Source: Yuukianura sp. NJ FZ-2021 (lineage: Eukaryota). From it: 64,000 nt of DNA. This document shows, in pieces, positions 17,723 through 30,701 of the stretch. Made by a program: the position numbers and the translations under genes. The stretch lies in NCBI GenBank assembly GCA_046563655.1, contig CM102283.1, forward strand, positions 9,362,001 to 9,426,000, in the 5' to 3' direction. Positions within the stretch are counted from its first letter, which is position 1, and every line of letters begins with the position of its first letter. The notes under the pieces are model-generated. The model did no database searches and was not told the DNA's origin. It saw nothing but the letters and a program-made list of their open reading frames with translations.

Positions 17723-18909
17723 CTAATGAGGTAAGATAGACGTACCATCTTCTGTAACGGTAAGTTGACCCTCATCATCTTCATCGGTAGTACTTTCGTC
17801 AGCATCGGCCCAAAGTTCTTCCAACGTCCGTTCTTCTGGCCCTACGTTATTGGTCACCTCTTTGATAAAGTCGTCGTTGTCCAGAACAGAAGGGAGGTTG
17901 CTATGGATACGCCTTTTGTCGGCCCTGACACGGAATACATCAGGTTCCAACACTTCTGTGTCCGACTCATCTGGTCCACCGCAGTCATCCGATCGTCCTG
18001 CCTTGTCCGTCGGAAGTGGAAAAATGTAACCTCGCCATGCTGCTCGTAGTGGATTGGACATTAACGTTCGACGTTCCCATTTCTTGGCTTGCAGAAGTAC
18101 GTAGGATGTGAACTCTTCAGGACTCAATTTCTACATAAACATCAATTCTCAATTCATATGGAAGAAGTTAATTGAGATTAACTAATTAACTTTACCATCA
18201 AGTACTCCTCGTAGTCGCCCAGATACTTCCGTGTATCACGGTAAAGTTTTTTCGTGTAGACGAGTTGACCCTCTTCACCCAGGCTGGACCAGGTTGGCAG
18301 TGGTTTCTTCAGTCGATCTGCTATTTTCTTTTCACGTTGATAAAGAGTCAAGGCAGTTCTGGAATAAAAAATACCGTAAATCTCCGAATAATGCCCCATC
18401 TTCGAAATAATGCACCATCTTTTGAATTTGTAATCGCAACTTACGGTACTGGTGGAACTGGTTCTCCAGGCATGAGCATGTCGTCACCAATACGCTGCTT
18501 ATGTGGAATTGTGCTCTTGGTGGATTCATGCCATTCCCAGGATTGGTGTATGAATAAGTTCTGGAAAAGGAAATCAAAGTTTCATTAAAACTTCAACTAA
18601 AAAACGCTTTTTCAAAAGTTACCTTCTTGTGATGTGTGAGACCAAGGAAGGTGTTAAAAATCATCTGGGCTGATTTGAGTAATCCATCCTTCTTAATTAA
18701 CTTAACCCACGCCGAATGTGGAGCAACGTATCTCGCGTAGTAGTAGAAGACGGAAAAGTTACGTCCAATGTGCGGACGTCCATCGAAAATACCTCGGATC
18801 ACATCATCAATATCATCTGAGACACCAAATAACTTTAAGTTTACATTTAAAAAAATATGCTAACACATTTTTGTAAATATTATAAAACCAAATGAAAACC
18901 TTTATTCAT
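17723..18909 (-). CDS. Divergent HMG-box-like protein, 3-4 coding exons; start uncertain
   Basis: Spliceable exons at ~18623-18816, ~18196-18561 and 17723-18130. The segment RTALTLYQRE...PTWSSLGEEGQLVYTKKLYRDTRKYLGDYEEYLM|KLSPEE follows the HMG-box helix pattern, and there is an acidic tail. A putative micro-exon ATGAATAAAG lies at 18900-18909. Confidence 0.55.
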
Positions 18910-19408
18910 TCATGCTACCTAAAGTTATTCAGTGTGATGATATGATCCGAATGTCACCCAAACCGTAAACTGGAGTTCACTTAAAGAAAACTTACGGTAT
19001 TTGTCAACAATTAACTTTATACATTGTGTACTTATCAAAATAGATTTATTTCCCAAATAACATGGCTCCCTCATTACTAAAATTCTAAATTATCCTATTA
19101 AACACTATTGAAACAAAGTTACAGTTAACTGATTGATAACTTCGATGTGATTTGCATAATTACACATCAATTACCAATTTTCGTGTGCTGATTTCTAAAA
19201 ATTTAGTTTTCCCTTCTAAATGTCCAAGTTTAAAAAAAGTAGAACAAAACGATTACAACAGAATGCCAATATTTCAACACGTTTTTGAGTAGAAAACTTG
19301 GGTAAAATTTGCCAAGTGAAGTTAACTTCGGTAGCATGAAATGGATAAAGGGGTTCATCGCATTGAAAAATATTGGCAACATTTTAAGACTAAATGAACA
19401 ACTACGAT

Positions 19409-21661
19409 TTAAAAACGTTTATGCTTACTTGTAGTGGGTGATAAACCTTCCCGGAAGTCGTTTGGCTCAGGTTTCTTGTGAATGGGGTATCTCACTTTCA
19501 CTTGCTCTTTCGTCTTGACCTTGTGACCTTTGTCCTTCGTGACCTTCCCATTCAGAATCTTGTCTTGGTCCACGTACACTACAATGTCATCGTCATCTTC
19601 CTGCTCTTGACTGTGTTTCTTCTTCTTCTTATGTTTCGGTTCTTCCGGTTCTGGAACAGTATCGTCATGTTTTCGTTTTTTCTTTGGCGACGGAGGTTCA
19701 TGTTTCGGAACAACATCAGCTGTTTCCTCGAATCCCACGTTAGACTTTTTTCTCTTCTTCTTACTTCCGGATTCAGCTAACGGATCCTTGTCAACCTCTG
19801 TAAATGCAAAACAGGATTAGACCAACGTTAATTCCGGGCTAAGATTAACGTTAATCATTAGATTAAGTTCGATTAACTGAAGAATTTCGAGATTACTTTC
19901 GTACCTGGGTCCTGGTCATCCTCTTCGTGTTGTTGTTGCAACATAAGCTCCGCTTTTTCCTCCGCTTCCAGAACAAAGTTGGCTGGCAGTTTCTCCACAT
20001 GAGTCATGATAACTGACTGGTATTTCTTAGGAATTCGGTACAAGATGTGTGGTTTGAGCATGTCCGGAGTCCACTCAAAGAACCTCTCAATGTTCTTCTT
20101 ATACTCAAGGACATTCTTGCGGTAATTGATTTTCCAAAGTTCCTTGTCATAGGCATCTAACGTCTTGTACTCTTCTTCAGCCAATCGACGACTGTCCAGG
20201 TCTTCTAACTCAACATGTTCTGGCTCAGAACGACGACTTCTCCAGTAGAAATCAAAGATGTTGTTGGCTGGTTTCTCTGGTTGGCCATTCATGTAGGCCC
20301 AGAGGTCAATGTCAGCTTTGGTCAAGTGATTCCGCACTTTCATGGGACGAGGAGTGTAGTCCGGATGTTCCTGCTGATATTCTTGCAACTCTTCGCAGTA
20401 ACTGTGAAGTCGCTCCAGGACGTGAAGGACCCATTTACTTTTCTTCCGATCTGAGAGTTTCTCCCACTTTCCTTTGTACTTTTGTTTCAGTTCGGTAAGT
20501 AGCGTTCCTGTTGGCACGGGATCTAATTTATCAATTTTTGACTGAACAAACTCCTGAAATGAAAAAAAAAATGTGTTGGTCTTTTGTTTTTGAAAACTGC
20601 GATTTTGGTATTTTTGAGAGTTTAACTTACTACTTGAGGATTGGATGGTAACCGAGGTGCGTCTGGGAAAAGTTCGGACTGTTGGCTAGTTGTCGTAATT
20701 CGAGTACGAGCTTTTTCACGTCCAGGTTTTTCACCCTTTGCTTTACTAGCCTTCGATGCAGCTAAAGCTCTCCGACTCGGTGGCTTCTTGCTTGCTTCAT
20801 AGTCGTAATTTGGATATTTAGCGTAGAATTCCCGCACTTTAATTTCGTATTCTGCATTGGCATCGTCCAGCTTCTTCTGCCAACTTAACTGCGTCCTGCT
20901 CGTAAGTTTCTGAAACTCCTCCATGCACTCTTTCTGGAACTGTGGAAATAAAGATTAAATTTTTTGTTTACAGGTAAAGAGTTACCATTTTGCTTTGAAA
21001 CTGAATTTGAAACTTACAACTAGAAAATTGATCTTGTGATTCTCTGGATTAGCCTTCCACATCTCTCTGACGAACAAAGTGGCAGCACTTGGGGGCGGTT
21101 TCTTAGGATACCCAGGTGAAGTTTCAATAAGGCGACAGCGGTACCTCTCAATGTCTTCACTCGCAGCCAACTTAATTTCTTGTACAACTTCATGCATTAT
21201 TCGAAACTTGCGAGCTTGGTGCTTGATGTACAGCCAGGCTACTCGGCAGTCATTGGCTGAGAAATCGTCAAAGGCAACCTTGTCCCACTTTATCCGCTTC
21301 GTTCGTACGTAAACTGAGAGTGTATCGGTCGGAGCACACATGGAATCCAACGTTTCAATTAAATGGTTCATCTGCTCTGCTGTCATGGCCGATACAACCT
21401 AAAAGTATTCAAAACCGTCTAAAATGCCCATCCAAAGTGACATTATAAATAAACTATTAGAATCCATACCTCAAATCCAGCTAACAAGTCACCTTCCGCC
21501 AAATCGTTTGTTGATAATGCCTTCTTCTTTCTGCTGATTGGTTCAGGGTCCAGTACTCCTTCGTCACTGGAAGATTCTTCATGGTATCCCATATCCGATT
21601 TCCCCGCTGGAGTATTTGGCTGCTGTTCATCAAAGTCTTCGCCTTCTGATTCTGAGTACAT
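19409..21661 (-). CDS. UBTF: Nucleolar transcription factor UBF (UBTF)-like multi-HMG-box protein, 5 coding exons
   Basis: WDKVAFDDFSANDCRVAWLYIKHQARKFRIMHEV matches the UBF dimerisation domain (human, from memory: [34 protein letters not shown]). It is followed by PKKP-type HMG boxes and a Lys-rich tail. Confidence 0.85.
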
Positions 21662-22354
21662 CCTTCATTCGATTCTCCAAATTCTCTAGCGACCTAAAAA
21701 AAAACAAAGAAACGATATTTTATAGGTTCTACTTTTTACTCTTTTTTTGAAAATTTTCACAGCTGAAAACAATGTTTTCGAAAAACACATACCTCGCTAA
21801 CTTTCGTCGTTTACAATGAAATCTCGATACCAGTGTATCATGAACACTCAAAAATATCAATATTACAATGTAATCACCAGTGTTATTCTGTTATTCCTTA
21901 CGATGAGGCTAAAACTGCTAATAAATTAAAAAAAATCTTACCAACAAATTTATACTGTCTGTTGTGTTAAAAAATTCAAATTAAAAAAAAATTTAGACAA
22001 AAAAAATACTATCACAAAACCACGCATTTTTGAATTTCCCGCCTTGAACTAATATCGCGCCCTACATTTCAGCACCACGAAATTTGAGTAAGTAGTTTAA
22101 GACAATAGTGTCAACACAATGAAGCCGAAAAAGTGACAAAGCTTGAGTGGGTCAAGTCAATTACTGTATTTTGTCCAGTTGAATCAATCGTATGTCTATG
22201 ACATGGGAACCATGACAGTTCATTAAAATTTATCGACAAAATATATAAACTAGCGTAACCTCTGCATGTCTATTAGTCTATTTGATACTTTATGAAAAAG
22301 TAGAATTTATTCCGAACGCTGAGTCTCTTTACTCCGGAGTCGGATCGTCCTTCT

Positions 22355-24644
22355 TCACTTTCCCCGCGGCGGAAGTTTGTTGAGTTTGAATGATTTTGCG
22401 GAAGTGCTGGGCATGGCTTTGGACAGCGGGCTGAAATGGTCACTAGTTCCTGAACTACTGGAACTTTTGCGACGTACTCTTCCATCGTCAGAGTTTGTGT
22501 TTTGGGTTGTCTTGAGAGGAGAATACTTGTTAGGGGAATTAAAAACGGAACTGGATGGGGAAGATGACGATGACGAAGGAGGTGTCGGTATCGGCGAATC
22601 GGTACCTGTACCGGGATGATTCGGGAGTGACGAAGTTCCATTTGATTGGCCAGCGTTGAAACCGTTTCGAACAGGAACAGCTGATGCTGAAGAAATTCGG
22701 CTTTTGGGGGGATCGTAACCCAGTGGAGGGTTTCGTCTTGTTGAAGAAGGAATTGGCGCTCGGACTTTCGAAGATGTCGGAACACGGATCGTAGTGTTAC
22801 AGGCATCAGTTGGGTCAAAGTTTCGTGAAACTGCGGGTTGGTAATTGGTTGGTGGAAAACTTTTGAGTGGATCTTCATCATGTCTATACATTTGTTGAGG
22901 AAGAGGAGGAGGTTGATGATGACGAGGAGGAGGTCGATGATGGGAGAGGAGGAGGAGGTTGATAATGATGAGGAGGAGGAGGCTGATGTTGATGATGAGG
23001 AGGAGGTTGATGTAGATGATGAGGAGGAGGAGTTATGTGTCGGAAGTTTTGCACTTGCGGACTTGTTGGTCGAAACCCACTCGGTATCCTTGGTTGTGGA
23101 GGGGGACTTTGAAAATTCCGGTAGTATTCCTGAGAATTAGTATTGAATCGCGGCGGACTTTGAAGACGAACAATTCGTGGTTGGTTTTGAACTTGATGCT
23201 CCATCGGATTCGGATACCCCGGAGGTCTGGAAGCAGTTTGCGCCGAATTGGGTAACCGCTGCTGCTGCTGGTGAAAATCATTTGGATGTGAACTTCTCGG
23301 ACGCTGTTGACTCGGAGGTTGTTTTGGGTACGGGGCAAAACGGACGTTTGTTCTTGATGTTGAAGATTCCGAACTACCTTGAAAGTTCGTCGTCGTCATG
23401 TCAATGTCGGAGTCGCTCGGGTGGAGTTGATGCTGATTGGGAGGCAAATCCTGTTCATGATGCTGATTCGGAGGCAAACGCTGTTGCTGATGCTGATTCG
23501 GAGGTAAATTCTGTTGCTGATGCTGATCCGGAGGCAAATGCTGTTGCTGATGCTGCTCCTGAGGCAAATGCTGCTGATGTTGTTCTTGATGTTCGGGAAG
23601 AGACGAGTAGTGAATCATTTCCGACTTAACGTCAACGGAACCGTTCTGGTGGTCTGTCGGAGTACGTTCTTGTTTGTGTTCCGCGGGAGGTTTAAAACCT
23701 GGGCGTGTCCTGGATCCAGGTCCCGGAAACGGCAAATATTCAACATCATTTTCCACTTTATGCTGAACAGCACCCCACTCCATGTCAAACTTGAGCTCTT
23801 GAACTTCGTCCTCATCCGGCTCTTCATCAGCCACATCGTCTAGGTTCACTTCCTTCGCGTAGTTTCTTGTAATCATAGCAGATTTGTTGAGTAAGGATTT
23901 AAAATTGTCTTCTGTGTAGTTAATGGGGGAACTTGGGTCATCTATGACCTCCAGTATGAAGCTGACTTCTTTAAAATCTTCTACCATTTCGACCGTTTTG
24001 CAGTTCCCTAAGAATATCTTCAACTTCTCCAAAGTTCTTTTAGATTTTTTCAATCCACTGAGTGCCGATTGATCTCCACAGGTAAGAGGCTGCTCCCGAT
24101 CGCAATTGCCAGCTCGGTATGCAGATCCAAAACTTGTGTTATTAGTTCCCCCCTAAATCAATCAAGGAACATTATAAGTAATCCCGCACATTGAGAAGTA
24201 ATTGACTAATTAATCAAGGTAAACTTACCCAATCGAAGTCGGCAGTTCCTTTGCCACATGTGAACTTATACTCTCGACTCAAGTCCTTTCCACGCGAACT
24301 ACTACCACCTATTGAAACTTAAGAAGTTAGTTAACTTAATCACGTTTCCTATTGTGTGTTTTCTCACCGTCCCAGGAGAAGTTGGACGTTCCTTTACACA
24401 ACGAGGCCGTCCAAGAGCCAGAGCCCCTTCCAACCCCGAGTTTTGTGTCCTTAAAATCATGTCCAGAGTTCCGTGGCCCCTCTGTTGACCTCCCCTCTCC
24501 TTCTGCTAAATGTGACGAAAGTGGAGCAGTTCCTGCATCGCCGTCACCATTACAGTACTGCGTATTTATGCCTAAATCGTATCCGAAGTCCCGAACTCCA
24601 TCGTTGTCATGAGACATTGGGCGGCCACGACCCCGGGCACTCAT
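22355..24644 (-). CDS. Uncharacterised low-complexity (Q/H/P/S-rich) protein, 3 coding exons, with an apparent frameshift near 22945
   Basis: Exons ~24368-24644, ~24229-24308 and ~24153 onward splice in frame into the 22884-24053 ORF. The HHxQPPP repeat continues in a shifted frame into ORF 22355-22891. Confidence 0.6.
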
Positions 24645-25239
24645 GTCACTTATTTGCTGCTTCACTAATTTCCAGTTCTCATGTCAAAGTGAAACGGTTC
24701 GTCGCGATGATAAATTGGTCCATCTTTAAAAAATCAAACATTAAGATTAAATTAGCCAGAATTCCATTATGTAAGTGTTAATAATACGACTCACCGATGC
24801 TGGTCAGAATGTAACTACTTCCTGGATAAACTCGATTAGTCTAAATAGACAAGTTTACTTAACTATCGTTTTATTCGTCTTTCCTCCAAACTAATCGACT
24901 AATCTAATTAAATTGATATTGAGGCGAGGGTAAAAGAAAAATATCACATTCGCGCCCTTCAACTGATGTGATAAACAAAATTCAAATGTAGCGGGCTTTG
25001 ATAAGTTTATAATAAAAATGCGTCTCTTCTTTGGTAAGTAAGTCCGTGTAATTTATGTTTTGTTTTAGTAACCTTAGTCATTAGTTTACAGTTACAAGTT
25101 AACATAACGGCATTAAATTAACTTTAACAATTACAGAGGATAAGATCCAGTCACAAAAGACAGATCAGGAGATGAGTTGACGCAGCATCTTTTGCTATTC
25201 GCCTACTTGTAACATTTTTCTTTTATAGTGGAACCAGAG

Positions 25240-26254
25240 ATGAAAATTCTTGACCTATTGACCTTTGAACTAATAAAGATTGTGGTGCTAGCGGAAGCGG
25301 TAAAGGTTCCCGGAAGAAACGCTAAACTAATTGGTGGCATAGATTCTGAAGTAGAAGAGTTTCCATGGATGGTCTCTCTCCAGAAAATGTCGCCGGAGAC
25401 AAAAACGTTTGTTCATTTCTGTGGCAGTGGGACCATATTTGATGAAGAATCGGTTGTCACCGTGGCCCACTGCGTCCATGACAAGCATCCTGAAGAACTT
25501 CGCATTCTCGCTGGAAGTTTGATTTCAGCGATACGAAACGGTGACGACAATCAACACTGGAGAAACGTCACCAGTATTCGGCTTCATCCAAATTACACAA
25601 CGTAACCAAATATTCTAAAAATAGAAGTTGGACATCATTTATTACAACGTTTTTATAACGTTATAAGGAAAGGGATCACTCCTGGACAGAATGACATCGC
25701 CTTGTTGACAGTCCACCCACCGTTGACCTTTGGCCGGAACGTCAACGCTATCAAACTACCAGATCCAGGAATGTCTCCCGCCAATTTTTCTTGCTGCGTG
25801 ACCATGGGCTGGGGCAACACTTTTCCAATTGCTTCACTCTTGTTTTCCAGAGATCCAATTCTACAAAAGGTCAAGACAGAGGTCATACCCAGCATCTACT
25901 GTAAACTGGCTTACCCGTTCTTACTTCCACAACTGACGAATACAATCTGCGCCAGTAGTGGCTTGTACTATGGACCATGCAATCATAGAGTAACCATGAC
26001 GATTCGATTTTTTTTCTTTTAACAAGTTAAAAGAAAAAAAAATCGAATCGTCATGGTTACTCTAAGCATGCAATGGTGACTCTGGAAATCCACTTGTCTG
26101 TTATAGCAATGGTACTCCTTATGTCCTTGGCCTGGGATCGTGGGGCTGGGTCATCTGCGGAGACGGAGTCCATCCGGACGTTTACACCAATATTAACCTT
26201 GTCCATGATTTATGGAACGCTACAATTACAAACCTTAATCAAAAAGTTAATTAA
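25240..26254 (+). CDS. Trypsin/chymotrypsin-like serine protease (S1A), interrupted by a MITE just before the catalytic Ser
   Basis: Signal-like MKILDLL..., activation site K|LIGG, FPWMVSLQ, TVAHC (His), NDIALL (Asp), GDSGNP (Ser) and GLGSWG. Intron at 25602-25667. Confidence 0.85.
25984..26066. mobile_element. 83-bp palindromic MITE/foldback with 8-bp TSD CATGCAAT (25976-25983 and 26067-26074), hAT-like
   Basis: Arms TAGAGTAACCATGACGATTCGA(T8)CTTTTAAC and GTTAAAAG(A9)TCGAATCGTCATGGTTACTCTA flank a 2-nt loop. Removing the element plus one TSD restores GPCNGDSGNP exactly. Confidence 0.9.
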
Positions 26255-26891
26255 ATTTTTTAAATAATTTACACAAGTTATTCATCAAAAAGGAAATGTT
26301 GATGCCCATACACGAAAATTAGGAAGAGGATGGTGAGGGTGTTATGCAGGAGCTGCTAGCCTTGCCGGCTTATTGCATCAAAATATTGGTTGAAACAGAC
26401 TTTATGGCTAACGTTGTATCCACGCGCAAAATTCAAAAATCTGAAATTGTCATTGTACTCCCAGGTTAGAGTTAGGGTATGAATGCCCAAAGATAGCTCA
26501 GAGGTTCAGTACAAATTCGGGTTTTTTTAATTTTCCGCTTGGAATTTGCCGATTGCCGCTTAGAATTTATCCCTGTTGTACCCGGGTCCAACAATAACGG
26601 GGGGTACAATTATTCGGTATAAAGTTTACTTCAACCAAAATACATGACAGACAAGAAGATTAGAAAGGAAAGAGAAACAGATAAACAGAGACGAGGTCAA
26701 CGGGGAACGTGTGTACGTGACTTCTGGATTCACATAAAACACGACGACAAGAACTTTCGAGCTTAGTAATCAGTGACAGTCAATTAGTAATTGGATTTTG
26801 GAGTGGAGTAAACGAGTAAAGTACGTACCTATTAATTGAATTTGAAACCTATACCGAATAGATCAACTTATTTTGTGTTTTAGAACGGAAC

Positions 26892-27555
26892 ATGGCAGAT
26901 GACAACTCGTCAAACGCAACACCACGGTCCAGGAGCTTCACACGTCGGTCGCACGTCCGCTTTGTGAACACTACACGTCGAAGAGTTGACGTAATTTGGA
27001 TAAATTATGAAGGTGTTCAAGTCAAGTACCGAGTAAGATTATTGATTAATCTAAACTAAACGACTCAATCTAATTGTGAAACACGATTACTGAATTCCTA
27101 TGACCGTTTTTGTGAAACATAGACGTTGGACCCTCAAGAGTACTTCGACGTGACATCTTTCGTAACTCATCCCTGGGTATTTCTAGATTCTGAGACCCAC
27201 ACCAAATTGGTCGTGAGTAACAAAGAGATTTTCGATGTTCCTGAGGTATCCTGTCCAAACTCCAAAAGATGAAAATGAGCAAGTTTTTGGACATGTGCTG
27301 ATTCTTTGCTGTTTTTTTTAGCCAATCGTCATTCGTGGTCAGAATGGAGCTATGCTTCAGACCAGATTCTGCGTTCGCATCATGCTACCGGTCTACTCCC
27401 TCAGAGAATGTGCATTCCAAGCGGTCCAGAAATGTCTACGACTGCCTGAAGATGCTTTCGAACTGGAAATCCCCAAGTTCTTACAACGTGACCTGCACGC
27501 AAGATGTTCAAATTCCATAGAACTCAGTGGCAGAGTGGCTCAGTTTCCGCACTAA
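26892..27555 (+). CDS. VHL: von Hippel-Lindau tumour suppressor homologue, 3 coding exons
   Basis: Beta domain VRFVNTTRRRVDVIWINYEG...|TLDPQEYFDVTSFVTHPWVFLD and alpha domain/BC box LPVYSLRECAFQAV...LEIPKFLQRDL. Confidence 0.93.
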
Positions 27556-27795
27556 AACTTGTCTAAAGTAACCGTAGCTAGACGTACGACTTAAATGTAA
27601 GTTTACATTGTATCCAGGACAAATCTGATTCAAAATCCCGCACGACGATTGTTAAGTCTTGTTACTTTTTACCATTTAATTACTACCTCTTTGTCGAGAG
27701 TTTAACTAAGGATATGTTTATGTCAATGTTCAAAAACTAAGACCGACATAAAGTAAATATTTTTCTAGACATGTTACAGCTTCCCTCTTTTAGTG

Positions 27796-30495
27796 TCATT
27801 GGTCATGGTCACTCTCAGCATCGTCACTTCCACTCCCACTGTCCACTCCAGCACTTCTCCTTTTCTCTATTCGTGAATTGAGAATCGGAAAATGGTTTCT
27901 GGTCAATTCATCCAACACTTCCAGCTCATCACTCTCTTCTTTTGCTTCGTCTAGACTCTCTTCCAGGTCATCATCTGCCAGTGGAGCTGTGTACTCTGTA
28001 AATTCTGCATAGACATTCAAAGCTTCCAGTTCTGCCATGCTGTCGTCACTCTGAAGTTCGTCCGGCATCTTCCAAATGTTGACGTAACCTTCCGAGTCTG
28101 TCACGGCTAAGAAACTTATCCTAACGTAAGCAAAACGTTGAACATTTGGGAAAAAGTCAACATGAGATTTTGCTAAATTTTCAAAATTTTATTTTGTTCT
28201 TACTCTTCTTTGTTCCAGTCAATTGATCTGCAAAGTGCTTCGTGATCCAGTTGCAGCACCTCCACGCGTTCATGAACACTCAAGTCGTAGACATACGCTT
28301 GCTTGTGATTCAGAACGCCAAAAACCATTGGGCGGACGGACCAACCAACACTGAAAGTTCCTTTGCCCTCCAGGTACGTTTTCAGAATGGGTTCACCAGT
28401 GTTCTAAAATTTTGAAAAAGTTTGAAAATTTTAACATTTTAAAAAATTTCCTTTTTCTTAGAAAGCTTTTGTGGAGGATCGTACAAATTTGATGCTGCGA
28501 ATGAACAGACTTCCAAACAGGGTGCCGTAGACGTACAAATAGGGATTGAACGGACTGCAGGCGATGCATCGGACGTAGTCGATCTCCTGTTTGATCAGGA
28601 TCGGCTCCGGATCGTAGATGTCCGATACGTTAATTCTCGGATTACACAACTCATCCTCCGCTAAAACATTTTGGAAAAGAGTGAAATTTTTGTTGAACTT
28701 TTAAAAAGTGATGTTTTTTTTTTATAACTTTTTTGGAATCGTAACTTACTGTATTTCGTTTTGCTAAGCAGATTTCCAGTGAAGAGGTAGCTGCCATAGG
28801 TTGAGCAGACGAATCTCGTTGGATCCAGTTTGAAAGCATCCCAAGTCTGAATTCCAATTTCTTTTATCCAGAGGTAACTACTCATGTTTTTCTTTTTGTA
28901 AGAATCGGGAATTGCTCTAGTATGGATAGCATAACGACGTTCTAATGTTATCCTTCCAGACTTGTCCATGGACCAGAGTGCCATGTACCCATCGACAGAA
29001 GTTGTCACGACCATGTAGGGCAATGGACTTTTGTTCTTCCTTGCTAAAGTCTTGACATCTTTTGGGGTCAAGTGGATCCAACGAATGGCTGTGACGTGCA
29101 TGGCATGCGCAGAAGAATCGGTGTTCACAAAGATGTCGTTTTGCTTAAACTCAAACCGTGCTGGATCGTGTCTCTGTCCAGATTCTGGTAAAAGACAACC
29201 AAAAACAAAATTTCTACCTAATCTGAACTTTTTTCAATTTTTAAAAATTTTGAAATTTTGAACTTAGATACTTTCCGCCGATGCGTTACCTTCTGGATTC
29301 AGAATGTCGAACTCTGGTCGTTCATCAGCGCCGTTCAAATTCATCATGCCAACCTCCCCTGACTGGAAGCCAAACGCAAGATACTGGCCATGTTTGGGAT
29401 GAAACTGGACACAAGTAATGCATCCATCGAATCTAACTTCATACAGTGGACCTTGCTTCAAAAGTGGCTCAACCAGGGACCAAATTGTGAGTGGAATGGA
29501 GTGGTGGCGGCAAAATCCAACATGGCTGAACGATCCATGACCAATTGCAACTTGGCGTCCACGGGGACTCCAGGAAACACAAAGTGCTTCATTCCCTTCC
29601 TACGACAAGAATCGGCAAGTTTTAACTTTTAGCTTTTAACTTTTAAAAGTTGCTAAAAGTTACCCCTGGAGGTAAATTTTTTGTGCGCAGGCGATGTACT
29701 CTGGTGGGTTTCAAAGATCGGATGTACTCAAATTTGGCATCTTTGTCAGTCGGAATGGAATTCTTGTGGAAAAACTTTTCTTGTTCGGCTGGTTGCAAAT
29801 CTGGTGGGATTCGGATATTTTCTCGGATTTCCTGGATCATGCGTTTCCCAACTTTTGAAATGAAGGCGAACAGTGAAGGTGGATAAGGCTTGTTGAAAAA
29901 CGTTCTGCCGGAAGTTGGCGTCTCGTCTTCATCCGGTTCGTACTCAAATTCAGTTTGTGTCTGAAATTTTTGAAAAATTTTAGAATTCTTTTTTACGATT
30001 TCAAACAGGAATGCCTCACATTGATGCTGACTGACTCCACACTGCCAATATTCACATCCTGTTTTGAAATTTGGACTGTCTGGACTTCTTTGTCTTTGAA
30101 TATTGCTGGACTGAAAAAAATTAATGATGGTAATTTTTTTACTTGCCAAGAAAATTTTTTGTCGATATTTTTTGTGTTGTCAGTTTCGCTAAAACTTACT
30201 CTGGCTTTTGTTGTGCAAATCCAACGACAGGGGAATGCCAATCTGTCCAGTGACTCGTGTCCCACTTGAGCAAATCTTCTAGAAATATTTCTCTTCCAAA
30301 AGCGGGCGCAAAGATCTTCGTTTTTTCTGGTTCAGTGGATGCTGGAGGTGGTGGAATGTTCGTCTTCAGTGTCCGATCCGGTCTGGCAGAAGCAATTCGT
30401 CCAATGTTTTTCCAGATTTGTCTTTTAGCTTCTTCGGCTTCAGCTTCCGTAAGTTCAGTTCCTCCTCCTGATAACCTCCTCTTTTTTTCATCCAT
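27796..30495 (-). CDS. WD40 dynein intermediate chain-like protein (WDR34/DYNC2I2-like), multi-exon
   Basis: LC8-type QTQTE motif and WD repeats (CITCVQFHPKHGQYLAFGFQSGEVG; VTTSVDGYMALWS; IACSPFNPYLY; LAVTDSEGYVNIWK). Confidence 0.7.
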
Positions 30496-30701
30496 CGCTG
30501 AACACTTTTTCAATCCACAGTTTTAGCTGTGTCTTTTACAAACTCTGAAGAAAAGTGACACTTTTTAAGAAAATTTTCGGAAATTGCAAAAGTTTATTTT
30601 GCATTTTATTTACAAAATGGTCTGCCATGGAAAACTTATGTTTTGAATTTTTGTTGTCATAGAAACGTACCAGAAGCTAGGCAAAAGGCTCAAAATCACT
30701 C

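Noticed and set aside
22838-23843. Plus-strand acidic or hydrophobic ORFs (poly-E/D, ADADSEAN repeats)
   Set aside because: Antisense shadows of the Q/H/P-rich minus-strand gene.
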